Sequence record: OL615011
DNA from: Shigella phage vB_SboS_Gloob
Reading direction: 5' to 3' (one strand)
DNA length: 64,000 nt
Shown: one piece after another, positions 17,625-27,705 of the stretch
How the letters are laid out: each line of letters begins with the position of its first letter
Position numbering within the stretch: the first letter of the stretch is position 1
Made by a program: the position numbers and the translations under genes
Notes under the pieces: model-generated
Database searches by the model: none
Seen by the model: the letters and a program-made list of their open reading frames with translations, nothing else
What the model was told of the DNA's origin: nothing

Positions 17625-17694
17625 ATAAAGATTCAGCGGTTATTGAAGAAGGGGGAGTATATACTTCCCCTTAGTTTATTAAGAGGAACCGGAA

Positions 17695-18036
17695 ATGACC
17701 CCATTAAAAGAAATGTATGAGCGCCTGGCTGAACTGCAGGCGAAGGAAAAGCGCTTCTCGGAAGAAGAGACAGAGCTGTCCGAGCTGAACACTTTGATCG
17801 CCACTCGCGAGAAGTACCTCCAGCGCTACATCAACCATCCTCCCCACATGGTGGAGCGTGTGTCTGAAGCGATCATGCCGTTTGCTGGGCGTGAGTTTAA
17901 TGAGCAAACTCGTGAAGAGATACTCAAAGTCATCGTAGCAGAAGTCCATTCCATGGTCTCCCTCGGCCAGATCTTTGGCCGCGCAGACCAGGAGGACATG
18001 ATCTTCCTTCTGAACAAGAATGTGGTGGTGAAATAA
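17695..18036 (+). CDS. hypothetical protein
   Basis: AAGAGGAA RBS; 113-aa ORF. Confidence 0.55.
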   Translation: MTPLKEMYERLAELQAKEKRFSEEETELSELNTLIATREKYLQRYINHPPHMVERVSEAIMPFAGREFNEQTREEILKVIVAEVHSMVSLGQIFGRADQEDMIFLLNKNVVVK

Positions 18037-18542
18037 TGTCCATCAAGCCCCGTATGATGTTTGCGCACATGCGCTCGGCTCATGCATATGCACTGTCCAG
18101 CTATGCTCGGCGCCTGAAGGTCGGCTGTGTTATCGTTGATGAACAGACCGACCAACCTGTTGCCATCGGTTGGAACGGGACTGCTCCTGGCGCTCCTAAT
18201 GTCTGTGAGCAGGAAGTAGACGGTGAGTTGGTATCAGTCGGGGTTGTCCACGCAGAAGAGAACGCTTTGATGCGCATCCCTGAAGCATTGGACAACCGCG
18301 TTGATCTGACGATGTTCGTCTCACACAGCCCATGCCCTGTTTGTACTCAGCTGATAATCAAAAGCTGCGCTATCAAGAAGGTCATCTACAATATACCGTA
18401 CCGAATCACAGACGGCATTATTGAAATGCTGGCTGCTGGAATTGAAGTATATCGCATGGTCGATCAGTATGCTGTAGTCCAGCATTCTGTGAAGAACGGC
18501 GAACTGGTATCCACCCCTGTTTTAGTGAACCCTGACAAGTAA
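18036..18542 (+). CDS. dCMP deaminase (cytidine/deoxycytidylate deaminase family)
   Basis: zinc-binding motifs HAEENAL and SPCPVC. Confidence 0.8.
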   Translation: MSIKPRMMFAHMRSAHAYALSSYARRLKVGCVIVDEQTDQPVAIGWNGTAPGAPNVCEQEVDGELVSVGVVHAEENALMRIPEALDNRVDLTMFVSHSPCPVCTQLIIKSCAIKKVIYNIPYRITDGIIEMLAAGIEVYRMVDQYAVVQHSVKNGELVSTPVLVNPDK

Positions 18543-18552
18543 GGAATTTATC

Positions 18553-18960
18553 ATGCGTTATGTAGATCGTATGCTCGGCAAAGACGAGCACGTTATTGCC
18601 TTCACCCGCCCGACCTGGTGGAGCGGCTTCTGGATGTATGTGTTGGTTGTGCTGCTGTTTGTGCCAACCTTCGGTGTCAGTCTGCTGTTCCTGATCCCGA
18701 CTGTACTGAACGTCCTGACCACTGAATTCGCTGTGACCAACAAGCGTGTCATCGTCAAACGTGGTTTCATCCGTCGTGATGCTGATGAGTTGCGCATCGG
18801 CAAGGTGGAAACAGTGAAGGTCGACCAGTCCATCACAGGTCGCATCCTGGGCTTCTCTACCATCAGTGTCATCGGTACGGGCGGCACTCGCCTGCTGGCC
18901 ACGGGTTGTGCTGGCGGCAATGCGTTCCGTCAGAAGATCTACGACCAGCTGGACGATTGA
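18553..18960 (+). CDS. membrane protein with bacterial PH-like domain
   Basis: two TM helices then bPH-like segment (FAVTNKRVIVKRGFIRR...KVETVKVDQS). Confidence 0.55.
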   Translation: MRYVDRMLGKDEHVIAFTRPTWWSGFWMYVLVVLLFVPTFGVSLLFLIPTVLNVLTTEFAVTNKRVIVKRGFIRRDADELRIGKVETVKVDQSITGRILGFSTISVIGTGGTRLLATGCAGGNAFRQKIYDQLDD

Positions 18961-19175
18961 TTGTGATCACTTCAGGCTACACCATCGACCTGTATTGTGA
19001 ATGCTCCGACTGCAAATCATGTAGTTGGGCTTGGGAAGAACACCACCCCAAATGCGGGTTCAAGCAGTACTCTGGTGAGACTTGGGGTGAGTGTGTCAAA
19101 CAGGCGCGAGCAGACGGCTGGCAAATCGGGCGTGACAGATATACCTGCTACGCCCCTGGCCACAAAAGAAGTTAA
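18957..19175 (+). CDS. small Cys-rich hypothetical protein (non-ATG start assumed)
   Basis: CECSDCKSC...C...C cysteine pattern; only TTG/GTG starts available after upstream stop. Confidence 0.3.
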   Translation: MIVITSGYTIDLYCECSDCKSCSWAWEEHHPKCGFKQYSGETWGECVKQARADGWQIGRDRYTCYAPGHKRS

Positions 19176-19786
19176 GGCAATAGAAGTCCATCATCCCGCT
19201 CCGTTGGGGCGGGTTTAATCTCCTTCCGCATCTGTTCCTTCAGCACCCTGACGCGTTCGGCTTGTCGGCGGTCTTGCATCTCCATATCCCGTTTCTTCTT
19301 CGACTTCAGCTCAAACTGTTTGCGCACATCCGGATCTTCACCTGGAACAAGATGCTCTTCAGTCCAGATAATGAACTTCCAGTTCTTCTTAGCACACAGC
19401 TCACGGGTGGCCTCCCACTTGGCAGAGTTGACCAGCCAGGTTCGCATCGCATTGTTGAATGTCGACTCCTTCATGTTCGGAGTCTTCTTCGGCTGCTTGA
19501 TCTGGTCTTTGGGCTTGATCTCAATGAGGGTGACCTGCAGTTCCTCTTGCCCTTCACGGCGCGTCCAGACCTTGAGGTCCATGAAGTAACGATGGGTGCG
19601 CCCGTCGACTGGGGAAATGTAAGGGATTACAGTCTCCTCGCTCGACCACTTCACTATCGCGGAGTTCATATCACAGAACTTGAAAGCCACCAACTCCAGC
19701 GAAGAGCGGAAGATGATGTTGTTCACATTCCCCTGATACTTCTTGGGATTAACCGGGGTATACTTCCCCTGAAGATAGTTGCTCAT
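19172..19786 (-). CDS. PD-(D/E)XK-like nuclease (putative) with basic coiled-coil tail
   Basis: YFMDLKVW ... TLIEIKPK fits D...E-x-K nuclease core; lysine/arginine-rich C-terminus. Confidence 0.5.
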   Translation of the reverse strand: MSNYLQGKYTPVNPKKYQGNVNNIIFRSSLELVAFKFCDMNSAIVKWSSEETVIPYISPVDGRTHRYFMDLKVWTRREGQEELQVTLIEIKPKDQIKQPKKTPNMKESTFNNAMRTWLVNSAKWEATRELCAKKNWKFIIWTEEHLVPGEDPDVRKQFELKSKKKRDMEMQDRRQAERVRVLKEQMRKEIKPAPTERDDGLLLP

Positions 19787-19836
19787 AATTTAGTCCTAAA
19801 TAGCCATAACACTCTATCTATTTAAGGGCTGAGACC

Positions 19837-20805
19837 ATGTCCGACTTCAAAAAGACAATCGATAAGATCAAAGTTCTGAACACGAAGGGATTGTCCCAGG
19901 CTCAGAAGCAATTGACTTATCCCCTGGACGTCACTGGGGGTAAGACCCTGGGACACTATGTCCTATTCAACATCAACCGCATCTCCGGTTCATCTTACGG
20001 TGACACGGCTACCCAGACTGTCGAGAACCCAATACAGAACCCTCTGGGGAATACTCCTGTGGTCTATGGGTCCAAGTCTGGTTCCATCACCAAATATGCA
20101 TGGGCGCGTCACGTTCGCTCGAACGAATCCATAGTCCTGTGTATGCCAGAGTCCATTACAACCAACTATGGCGTTGGCTGGAATGGCAGTGAGCTGGGGC
20201 TGGCTGGAATGGGGGCACAGTTCCTTTCCCGCGCCGCCCAAGACATGACTCAGTTTAAACTGGGTGATGCATTGAACGTCGGGAAGGAGATGGGGCGATT
20301 CGCTGCCACCAAGGCCATTCAGTCGGCCTCTGAGTCTATTCCGTTCCTGCCGACCATCAACGCCCATGACACCCTTGAGTTGTTCACAGGCACCATGACC
20401 AACCCGTATGTGGAGATGATCTTCCAGGGCGTCCGCAACCGTGAGATTCCATTTACATTCAAATTCACGCCGCGATCTCAGAAGGAAGCCAAGATGGTCC
20501 GCGAGATCATCCGTCTGTTCAAGATGCACATGTACCCTGAGTACAAGTACAACAAGAACTCCAGTGCCTTCTATCTGCATCCATCGACCTTTGATATCAC
20601 GTTCATGGTCAATGGTGAGCGTAACCAATGGCTCCACCGCATCTCCACCTGCGTGCTGTCCAACATGTTCGTCAACGAAACGCCGGACAGTTCATATGCA
20701 GTACACAAGGATGATGGGATCGTGTCTACACAGGTTGACATGACCTTCATCGAACTGGAGCCTCTGCATAAAGGGCGCTTTGAAACCGAAGGTGATAGCT
20801 TCTAA
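19837..20805 (+). CDS. putative tail/baseplate structural protein
   Basis: first gene of a plus-strand block ending in a tape-measure-like gene; no specific motif recognised. Confidence 0.5.
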   Translation: MSDFKKTIDKIKVLNTKGLSQAQKQLTYPLDVTGGKTLGHYVLFNINRISGSSYGDTATQTVENPIQNPLGNTPVVYGSKSGSITKYAWARHVRSNESIVLCMPESITTNYGVGWNGSELGLAGMGAQFLSRAAQDMTQFKLGDALNVGKEMGRFAATKAIQSASESIPFLPTINAHDTLELFTGTMTNPYVEMIFQGVRNREIPFTFKFTPRSQKEAKMVREIIRLFKMHMYPEYKYNKNSSAFYLHPSTFDITFMVNGERNQWLHRISTCVLSNMFVNETPDSSYAVHKDDGIVSTQVDMTFIELEPLHKGRFETEGDSF

Positions 20806-20816
20806 GAGAGGATGCC

Positions 20817-21371
20817 ATGAAATATTTTGAGAAGTTTCCCCTTGTTTGGCATCAATTGCAAGATGTCCAAGAGAATGATCAGGTGCTGTTACAGAACTTA
20901 ACGCGCCGGGTAATGATCTTACAGAAAATTAAGGACATCGAAGGGCTTCTCCTGCCGTATACGATCCAAGAGGGGGAAACCCCAAGGTCTTTCGCAGAAC
21001 GCGTTTACGGATCCTTCGAGTTGTTTTGGATACCTTGCCTGATAAACGGCATCATGGACATCAATAAAGACTGGCCGAAACCGGAACGTCGTATTGTTGA
21101 AGAACTGACTACAGACTATGGCATCGATGGTATGTGGGATACAGCCTATTATGTCGACCAGTTCAACAATGTGACTGACGCCCGTGCGATCAAATTTGCA
21201 TATAACCTGGACCTGGATGAGCCGTCCATAATTGCTAACTATGGTCTGACGGCAGTTTCATATCATGATGACGCAATCAGTAAGAACGAAGCCAAACGGA
21301 ACATCCAAGTACTCGACCCAGATTATGTGTCTTCGTTTGTCAATCAGCTGGAGCAGGAGTTGGCGAAATGA
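20817..21371 (+). CDS. putative baseplate/tail protein
   Basis: position within tail block; 184 aa. Confidence 0.5.
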   Translation: MKYFEKFPLVWHQLQDVQENDQVLLQNLTRRVMILQKIKDIEGLLLPYTIQEGETPRSFAERVYGSFELFWIPCLINGIMDINKDWPKPERRIVEELTTDYGIDGMWDTAYYVDQFNNVTDARAIKFAYNLDLDEPSIIANYGLTAVSYHDDAISKNEAKRNIQVLDPDYVSSFVNQLEQELAK

Positions 21372-22756
21372 TCGAAAACAGAGAGACCCAAGACGGTATT
21401 GTAACACCGTCAACAACATTTGACCTGAAGTATATGGCGATCCTCCCTCATACACCCCAGGGCGGAACACCAACGCCATATGACCTGACGGCGTTGTTTG
21501 AGGAGTTCAACGTCTTCCAGGATCTGGGTCTTGAAGGGAAGTCATCTCCATCGCTTACAGCCAATGTCTTGATAAAAGAGGGGTGGGACATTCTGGACAC
21601 AATGCCTATCTTGGGTGGTGAAGAAGTTGTGGTGTCATTCAAGAGTCCGGCGGCCTCGGATTACACAACCCTTTCTCTGCGCGTGGCTCGGGTAGGGCGC
21701 GTGGCCGATGAGTCCAACAGCTCGTCCAAGAAAGCATTCTGGTTGCACATGGTGACTACCGATGCCTACAAGGACAGCATGATCCGCTGCTCCCTCGGTC
21801 TTGACGGTTCGTACTCTGACATGGCAAAGGTAATCTTCAATCAGCTGGAGTCGCGCACCAAGTTCGAAGACATCGACCCGTCATATGGCATTCAAGAGCG
21901 ATTCGCCACCCCGCTCTGGCCTGTGCTGCGATCTATTGATTATATGGCGAGCCGTTCTTATGACGAATTGTTCATGCCATTCGTTTTCTATGAAGACTTC
22001 AATGGCTATCACTTCAAGAGCCTGACGACGTTGTTCAACCAGGGTAGCCAGTCATTGACGGCAGAAGAGAAGCAGGAACTGGCTCAGCAGAACAAGTTAT
22101 TCCGTGATCCTCAGGACGCGCCGCTCATGCAGGATAACAACTTCAACTCTGAGCGTTTCATGCGCACTATCATTAAGGCAGAGAAGAAGCTGGCGCGTGA
22201 CCAGTTCATGGCAAACTACCGTGATGTCCTAGCGGTGAATGAGCGCGTCTACGACTTTGAGACCAAGACAGTCACCCCAACACAGCGCATCTACACTGAG
22301 TGGTTTGCAGAGACGGCTCACCTTGACCCATTCCCGATGTTCTCAGATGAATTCGATCGTCAGAACGTCCGTTATATTGAAGCACAGCCAGACGGCGCGG
22401 AGCAGATTGATTATGCTCGTCGTGTTATCAACTTCAGTCTTGCCAGTACTGTGATGCGCGTGTTGCTCGTTGGTGATAACCGCCTGAACGTCGGCCAGGT
22501 ATTCTACATCGAAGACCAATCCAACCGTCCTAAGAAGAACGAAAACCTGGCAGAGTTAAGTAAGCTATCGACAGGCCACTATATCGTGACCAAAGTACGT
22601 CACAAGATTTCCCGCCTGACCAAAGATTATCAGTGCATCGCTGAGATTGCCAAGGACAGTTTGCTGGAGCAGGTGCTTCCACCTCAGACCAATCAGACAA
22701 CTGCTTCCACCACTACTCCTCAGGCGATTGAGAAAGGCCAAGCACAGAAGGTTTAA
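21368..22756 (+). CDS. putative baseplate hub/tail protein
   Basis: 462-aa ORF immediately upstream of tape-measure-like gene; start overlaps upstream stop. Confidence 0.5.
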   Translation: MIENRETQDGIVTPSTTFDLKYMAILPHTPQGGTPTPYDLTALFEEFNVFQDLGLEGKSSPSLTANVLIKEGWDILDTMPILGGEEVVVSFKSPAASDYTTLSLRVARVGRVADESNSSSKKAFWLHMVTTDAYKDSMIRCSLGLDGSYSDMAKVIFNQLESRTKFEDIDPSYGIQERFATPLWPVLRSIDYMASRSYDELFMPFVFYEDFNGYHFKSLTTLFNQGSQSLTAEEKQELAQQNKLFRDPQDAPLMQDNNFNSERFMRTIIKAEKKLARDQFMANYRDVLAVNERVYDFETKTVTPTQRIYTEWFAETAHLDPFPMFSDEFDRQNVRYIEAQPDGAEQIDYARRVINFSLASTVMRVLLVGDNRLNVGQVFYIEDQSNRPKKNENLAELSKLSTGHYIVTKVRHKISRLTKDYQCIAEIAKDSLLEQVLPPQTNQTTASTTTPQAIEKGQAQKV

Positions 22757-22767
22757 CGAGGTGACCC

Positions 22768-24714
22768 ATGGCACAGGAAGCAACGAACAATGATGTTGTC
22801 AAAGTTCTAGACAAGATCAAGGCGGAGATGATGCAGCGCAAACAACTCCGCGCTCAGAATGAAACCAACAAACAGCTTGACCGGATGAACAAGAATCTGG
22901 CCAAGCTGGAATCTGCTGCTAAACAGGACACCAAGGCCGAGTCCAAGCCATTTGAAATCCGCATCCCGACGGTCAATGAGATCGTCATGGGATTCGCTCG
23001 CATGTCTCCGATCTTCACCCGCGACTTCGGCGTATGGATGAAGGATACCGTCGATGTGGGCAACGAAGGCAATCGGGAACTGGAAAACATCGCAGGCAAA
23101 ATTGACCGCCTCGGTGAGATCACCCGCATGCCAACGGATGACACGTCCCTGGAGTATCTGAACCTCATCTCAGATCAGTTGAAGTCGGCCAATGATGACA
23201 GCCTCAAGCGCATGGACGAGCAGAGTGTGTCTCTGGTTCGTGTAGGATCATTCCTGAACATGATAGACGGAGTGATGATCGAGGTTCGTGATGATGTTGC
23301 TGAACTGAAAAAGAACTCCGATGACAGCCTTACTCGCTTGTCCAGCATTGAAGACAAGATTGGGCGCACGGGTGGTCATATCGTTGGAGCGCTGACACGC
23401 ATCTTTGATGAAGACCAGAAGTGGCGTGAGAAGGAAGAGATGCGCCGTGGGGAAACCGACAAAGAAACGGGTGGTCATCCTCAGGCGAGTTCTGTTATAC
23501 CCAAAGACGATGACCAGAAAGACGATTCCTCCGGTATCGGGGCGGCGGTGGCGGCCATGCTTGGCCTGAATGCACTGAAGGGATTCCTGCTCAAGCCATT
23601 CAAGATCATCGGTGGCGTTGTCGGGGCTTTCCTCGGTATGTTCTCCAAGCTGGGAGAAGGTATCACCAAACTTCTGGGTCCATTTGGGAAGGTGTTCAAG
23701 TTCCTGAAAGTCGGTCCACTGGCTCTCCTGTCTATGATCTGGGACTTCGGTAAAGGCTTCATTGATGCGAAGGAGATCCTGGGTAAAGGTGCTGTCACGA
23801 TAGTTGACCGGGTACGGGCGGGCATATCCGAGTTGGTCGGTGGCTTTGGTGATCTATTTGACTGGGTGTCCAAGATCTTTGGCTTCGATACAGAGGCGGG
23901 AGAAACCCTGCGCAAATACACCCTCATGCTCACTGAGGCTCCCGCTCGCTGGCTGAATGGTATTGTAGACTGGATTAGTAACGACTTGTTTGCAGGGATC
24001 GGGAGAGGGACGTCTCTTACGGATATCCCTGGCAAGCTGGCAGACAACCTTCAGTCGGAATTGATGAAGCTGGTCGACTGGATCACAGGTGGCATCAGTG
24101 GTGTTATCGACGAGGGCATGGGTGTCGCCAACAAGGTCATTGACGATATCAAGAAGGGTTTTGCCGAAAACGTGAAGAAGCCTTTCTTCAACATGCTGAA
24201 CGCTATCACCAACGCGATGTTCGATATCGTTGACAAATTCGTCAGTATCATCCCAGACGCTCTGGGTGGACAGGCTGCGAAGCAGAAGATGGATGAGGCT
24301 CGCCAGTCTATGCTGATTGGCACTGATGAGAATCCGTCTCCTAATACGACAGCGGCCTCGCAGCCACAGATGCCACCACAACCGAACATTGATCCACAAA
24401 CGCTGACTCCGATACCTTCTGGTGTGTCTTCAGATTACAAGAATGTGACTGATGACCGCACCTCTCAGCTGAAAGATGCATATGGGTCTATCGGTGGTGG
24501 TACTCTGGGTGGGGCTATGCCATCACAAGGGAGGGCGCTGTCTAATATTGAACAAGTGCAAGGCGGCTATTCACCGCCTCCAGCCAGCGTCGTAATGCCA
24601 GTGCAGCAGAATGTGGATGCTTCTAAGAAGATCAACACGACCAATAACTTCAACAGCTCATCCCTTGAGCCTGAGAACAAAACAGATAATTCCCGCATCC
24701 TGTGGGAATGGTAA
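22768..24714 (+). CDS. tail length tape measure / baseplate hub protein (T4 gp29-like)
   Basis: N-terminal coiled coil, central Gly-rich hydrophobic repeats (GIGAAVAAMLGLNALKGFLLKPFKIIGGVVGAFLGMF). Confidence 0.6.
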   Translation: MAQEATNNDVVKVLDKIKAEMMQRKQLRAQNETNKQLDRMNKNLAKLESAAKQDTKAESKPFEIRIPTVNEIVMGFARMSPIFTRDFGVWMKDTVDVGNEGNRELENIAGKIDRLGEITRMPTDDTSLEYLNLISDQLKSANDDSLKRMDEQSVSLVRVGSFLNMIDGVMIEVRDDVAELKKNSDDSLTRLSSIEDKIGRTGGHIVGALTRIFDEDQKWREKEEMRRGETDKETGGHPQASSVIPKDDDQKDDSSGIGAAVAAMLGLNALKGFLLKPFKIIGGVVGAFLGMFSKLGEGITKLLGPFGKVFKFLKVGPLALLSMIWDFGKGFIDAKEILGKGAVTIVDRVRAGISELVGGFGDLFDWVSKIFGFDTEAGETLRKYTLMLTEAPARWLNGIVDWISNDLFAGIGRGTSLTDIPGKLADNLQSELMKLVDWITGGISGVIDEGMGVANKVIDDIKKGFAENVKKPFFNMLNAITNAMFDIVDKFVSIIPDALGGQAAKQKMDEARQSMLIGTDENPSPNTTAASQPQMPPQPNIDPQTLTPIPSGVSSDYKNVTDDRTSQLKDAYGSIGGGTLGGAMPSQGRALSNIEQVQGGYSPPPASVVMPVQQNVDASKKINTTNNFNSSSLEPENKTDNSRILWEW

Positions 24715-25374
24715 TCAGATTCCGTGGGCTTGGATTAGCTCACGGAGTCTCTGTTTTGAATATGTTGTATCCTCATCCGGAACCACAGCATTCGCCTTCC
24801 TGAGCAGGAAAGCCTCAGAGTTCCAGTAGATGTCCTCTCGCAGTTGGGTGTCATACAGGTGGATGAACCCCACGATCTTGTTCAGACCAACCAGGAACCA
24901 CATCGGGAACCGCTTGGTGATGATGTCTGTCAGCAGCGCCGGGTGCCCCTGGCCTGTGCCCTTCACATAATCAATGAACGACAGGTTGCGCTCTTTGATG
25001 GCTGGGATCATCTCCCTCTCGAACTCCTCAAGGAAGTTGTACGTGAAGTTGTCGTACAGCTTGCGATATTCATCATAATTCGATTGCGCCTGGCGGGTAA
25101 GCAACGTGGTCACCCAGGTCTTCGGTGATTTGATGAAGTTGGCGATGATGTAGTTCTCTACCACTTCACCCTGAGATGTTTCGAACCGACGAGCCAGGCG
25201 AGCAAACTGTTTGCACACGGCTTCCTTCGCCAAGAAGGTTTCGAACTTGTAGTTCATCGGTCCATACAAACTGTAGTCGAAGTCCTTGGTGGTGAAGTGC
25301 AACTTAATCGCCATGAAGACACAATACACGTTGAACGCCCGTTCATATTCCATCTTCTGCCACTCTGTCAACAT
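24715..25374 (-). CDS. gp59-like helicase loading protein (putative)
   Basis: overall resemblance to T4 gp59 as recalled (aromatic/basic N-terminal region, SNYDEYRKLYDNFTYNFLEEF). Confidence 0.5.
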   Translation of the reverse strand: MLTEWQKMEYERAFNVYCVFMAIKLHFTTKDFDYSLYGPMNYKFETFLAKEAVCKQFARLARRFETSQGEVVENYIIANFIKSPKTWVTTLLTRQAQSNYDEYRKLYDNFTYNFLEEFEREMIPAIKERNLSFIDYVKGTGQGHPALLTDIITKRFPMWFLVGLNKIVGFIHLYDTQLREDIYWNSEAFLLRKANAVVPDEDTTYSKQRLRELIQAHGI

Positions 25375-25535
25375 TCGCGTTTCCTCGGGTTATTGGCGGC
25401 TCGGCGTTTTTGGTTTCTTGCCCTGCAGTATTCTTCAAATTCTGCTCGCAGACCTTTCAACTGAATGAACGCGTATGCATCGGCCAACATACGAACCAGT
25501 TTGCGAGGATTGTAAGGCTTGTCTTTGATCAACAT
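25368..25535 (-). CDS. small basic protein (55 aa), not in supplied ORF track
   Basis: ATG 25535 with AGAGGAA RBS; MLIKDKPYNPRKL...NQKRRAANNPRKREC; stop overlaps gp59-like start. Confidence 0.35.
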   Translation of the reverse strand: MLIKDKPYNPRKLVRMLADAYAFIQLKGLRAEFEEYCRARNQKRRAANNPRKREC

Positions 25536-25783
25536 TTGCGTTCCTCTTCTTTGACAAATTGCAACAACTCTTCCATCAGCCCTTTCTTCTTGACGAACTG
25601 TAACACCAGGATGAAGCGACGGAAGGAGCGGGGGACAACACGATAACCCTTCGCCCAGTGGTTCACAACATTAGAACAATCCAATAAACGAGCCAGCCCA
25701 GATTGTGACACACCCAGGCTCAGCAGAACCTTGTACATGTACTTCTTGTCATTTACCGGAAGCTCTTTCATTCTTAAACTCAT
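25529..25783 (-). CDS. putative HTH DNA-binding protein
   Basis: helix-turn-helix-like segment LGVSQSGLARLLDCSNVVNHWAKG. Confidence 0.45.
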   Translation of the reverse strand: MSLRMKELPVNDKKYMYKVLLSLGVSQSGLARLLDCSNVVNHWAKGYRVVPRSFRRFILVLQFVKKKGLMEELLQFVKEEERKC

Positions 25784-26006
25784 GGTATCTGTCCGCTAAT
25801 GTCTTGTAATGTTTGTCAGGATTATACTCCTGTTTGGAATAGTGAAGAGTAAGGGAAGCGCTCAGGCCGAGGATCATCACGGCGATGAGCACCTTGTGGT
25901 TATTGATCTCCGGAATAGCTATCCACACCAGCACCATCACAAGCGAGCTGACAACCAGGGACAGCAAGAACGTTAATGTACACACCAATGCGAATAGCTC
26001 GTCCAT
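25749..26006 (-). CDS. small membrane protein
   Basis: two hydrophobic helices (LVCTLTFLLSLVVSSLVMVLVWIAI; VLIAVMILGLSASL). Confidence 0.45.
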   Translation of the reverse strand: MDELFALVCTLTFLLSLVVSSLVMVLVWIAIPEINNHKVLIAVMILGLSASLTLHYSKQEYNPDKHYKTLADRYHEFKNERASGK

Positions 26007-26010
26007 CAGA

Positions 26011-26226
26011 TCACCCCTTCAGTTCGATTTTCAGGTCATCAACATAACAACCCGTCTCTGTGTCCCAGATCTCAATACTGAAATGCTGGGTCGCCACTTT
26101 TGGGGTAAATCCCCAGGCCTCTGCTTTCTCAAGAAAGGAGTTTTGGGCGTCCTCTGGCGTCCCGGACACGGATTGAACCTGTAGACCGTCACACCCATCA
26201 TGATACTGCAGCAAATACACTTTCAT
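26011..26226 (-). CDS. hypothetical protein
   Basis: 71-aa ORF directly downstream of ligase. Confidence 0.45.
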   Translation of the reverse strand: MKVYLLQYHDGCDGLQVQSVSGTPEDAQNSFLEKAEAWGFTPKVATQHFSIEIWDTETGCYVDDLKIELKG

Positions 26227-27650
26227 TATGCAGACTCCAGCAGGAATACAATGTTTTCGATGTATGCTTTCTGAATCGCATAGACTTCATCCAGCGTGTT
26301 GGCCACTTTCTTGTCGATACGAATTTCAGCAAGGCGAGGAAGGAACAGTGACTTCAGCGCATCATCCGTCTTATCCTGTACGCCATTGGAGAGCACTGCG
26401 GCAATCTTGCCAATGTAGTCGCCCTGGTTCTCCCACATACGGAGTCTCAGCTCATCTGAGATCCCTGAGACGCCAACAACAAGCAAGCCATCGGAAGTCT
26501 TACACAGCAGGGAGCCAAAGGTCTTGGCGTGTTTACCTTTCTTGTCCGCCTCGTTGAAGCCCACGATTTCAAGGTCACACTCCACTTCCATCTTCAGCTT
26601 CAGACCTTCCGAGGAAGTCCCGTCTTCCCACGGCATGTCAGCAGCCTTACAGATCGTGCCTTCTTCTTTACGAGCCAGCGCGTCTTTGAAGTGGTCGACA
26701 GCTTCGGCAAATGAGTGAACAACACGGGTTTCCTGAACCTGAACCAGCCCATCTTCTCCGTGGAACATTTGCATGATCATGTCGAAGCGGGTTTCATACG
26801 GCAGGTCTACGCGCTCGGCGTTGAACCACTTCTCATAAGGTACGACATCCCACACCCGGTAGATCACCTGATAACGATCTTCCAGGGGTTCGCCAGTCTG
26901 AATCACGCTGTTGAGTTTGCCGTTGCCGACAGCGCGAGGTAGGATAGAATTCGACTTGAGGTCAACAACGAGTAGTTCGCCATGGAACACGCTCTCACCA
27001 ATCCCCGTATCATAGATGATGTCCTTGAACACCAGTGACAGATTGTCAACCGAACCGCCTGCGATAAGGGAACCGGAGCGAGAGCGGATCTCAGGCTCTT
27101 TGTTGTAACGGCAGATGATATTGGCGAACATACCGTCTGACTTCAGCTGGCTGTAGACGCCGCGCTTGAAGTCCATCTTCTTCAGCAGGTCAATCGTCAT
27201 GTTGTCATAACGATGATACGGAAGGATGTTGATCAGGCGTCCAGTGCCTCCGGCGGTGTTGAATGCAGCGTTGATGCCCTTCTCAGCAATACCCGCCTTG
27301 ATATCACGGTCCAGGATCATCTGGATGAGTTCGTGGTATTGGGGATCCATCTTCAGGGCAACAGAGGCCAGCAGGGCATCAGCCTTTTGACCACCGACAA
27401 GGCGCTGCGCCATCTGGTCGAGGACGTCATAGACTTCGCTGATGTCATCAGTCTTCTCACGGACGAGCATGCGAGGATACGCGCTGAGCTTCAACTCAGT
27501 CCGATAGAACGACGTCATTGGGTCATAGACATACTGCAGGAAGTCTGCCAAGTCTGGGTTGTTCTTGAATGCTTCGGCCAGCACAGCTTTCTTCGCATTG
27601 CTGCCTTTGGTTTCGCGAAGTCGGTGAACTGTTTCGAGGATAGGGATCAT
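26226..27650 (-). CDS. ATP-dependent DNA ligase (T4 gp30-like)
   Basis: adenylation motif KSDG (LKSDGMF); N-terminal region resembles T4 DNA ligase as recalled; 474 aa. Confidence 0.8.
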   Translation of the reverse strand: MIPILETVHRLRETKGSNAKKAVLAEAFKNNPDLADFLQYVYDPMTSFYRTELKLSAYPRMLVREKTDDISEVYDVLDQMAQRLVGGQKADALLASVALKMDPQYHELIQMILDRDIKAGIAEKGINAAFNTAGGTGRLINILPYHRYDNMTIDLLKKMDFKRGVYSQLKSDGMFANIICRYNKEPEIRSRSGSLIAGGSVDNLSLVFKDIIYDTGIGESVFHGELLVVDLKSNSILPRAVGNGKLNSVIQTGEPLEDRYQVIYRVWDVVPYEKWFNAERVDLPYETRFDMIMQMFHGEDGLVQVQETRVVHSFAEAVDHFKDALARKEEGTICKAADMPWEDGTSSEGLKLKMEVECDLEIVGFNEADKKGKHAKTFGSLLCKTSDGLLVVGVSGISDELRLRMWENQGDYIGKIAAVLSNGVQDKTDDALKSLFLPRLAEIRIDKKVANTLDEVYAIQKAYIENIVFLLESA

Positions 27651-27705
27651 GTGGTGTCTCCAGGGTTATATGTGCTGCTATTATAACCCTGGGGACTTCA
27701 ATAGA

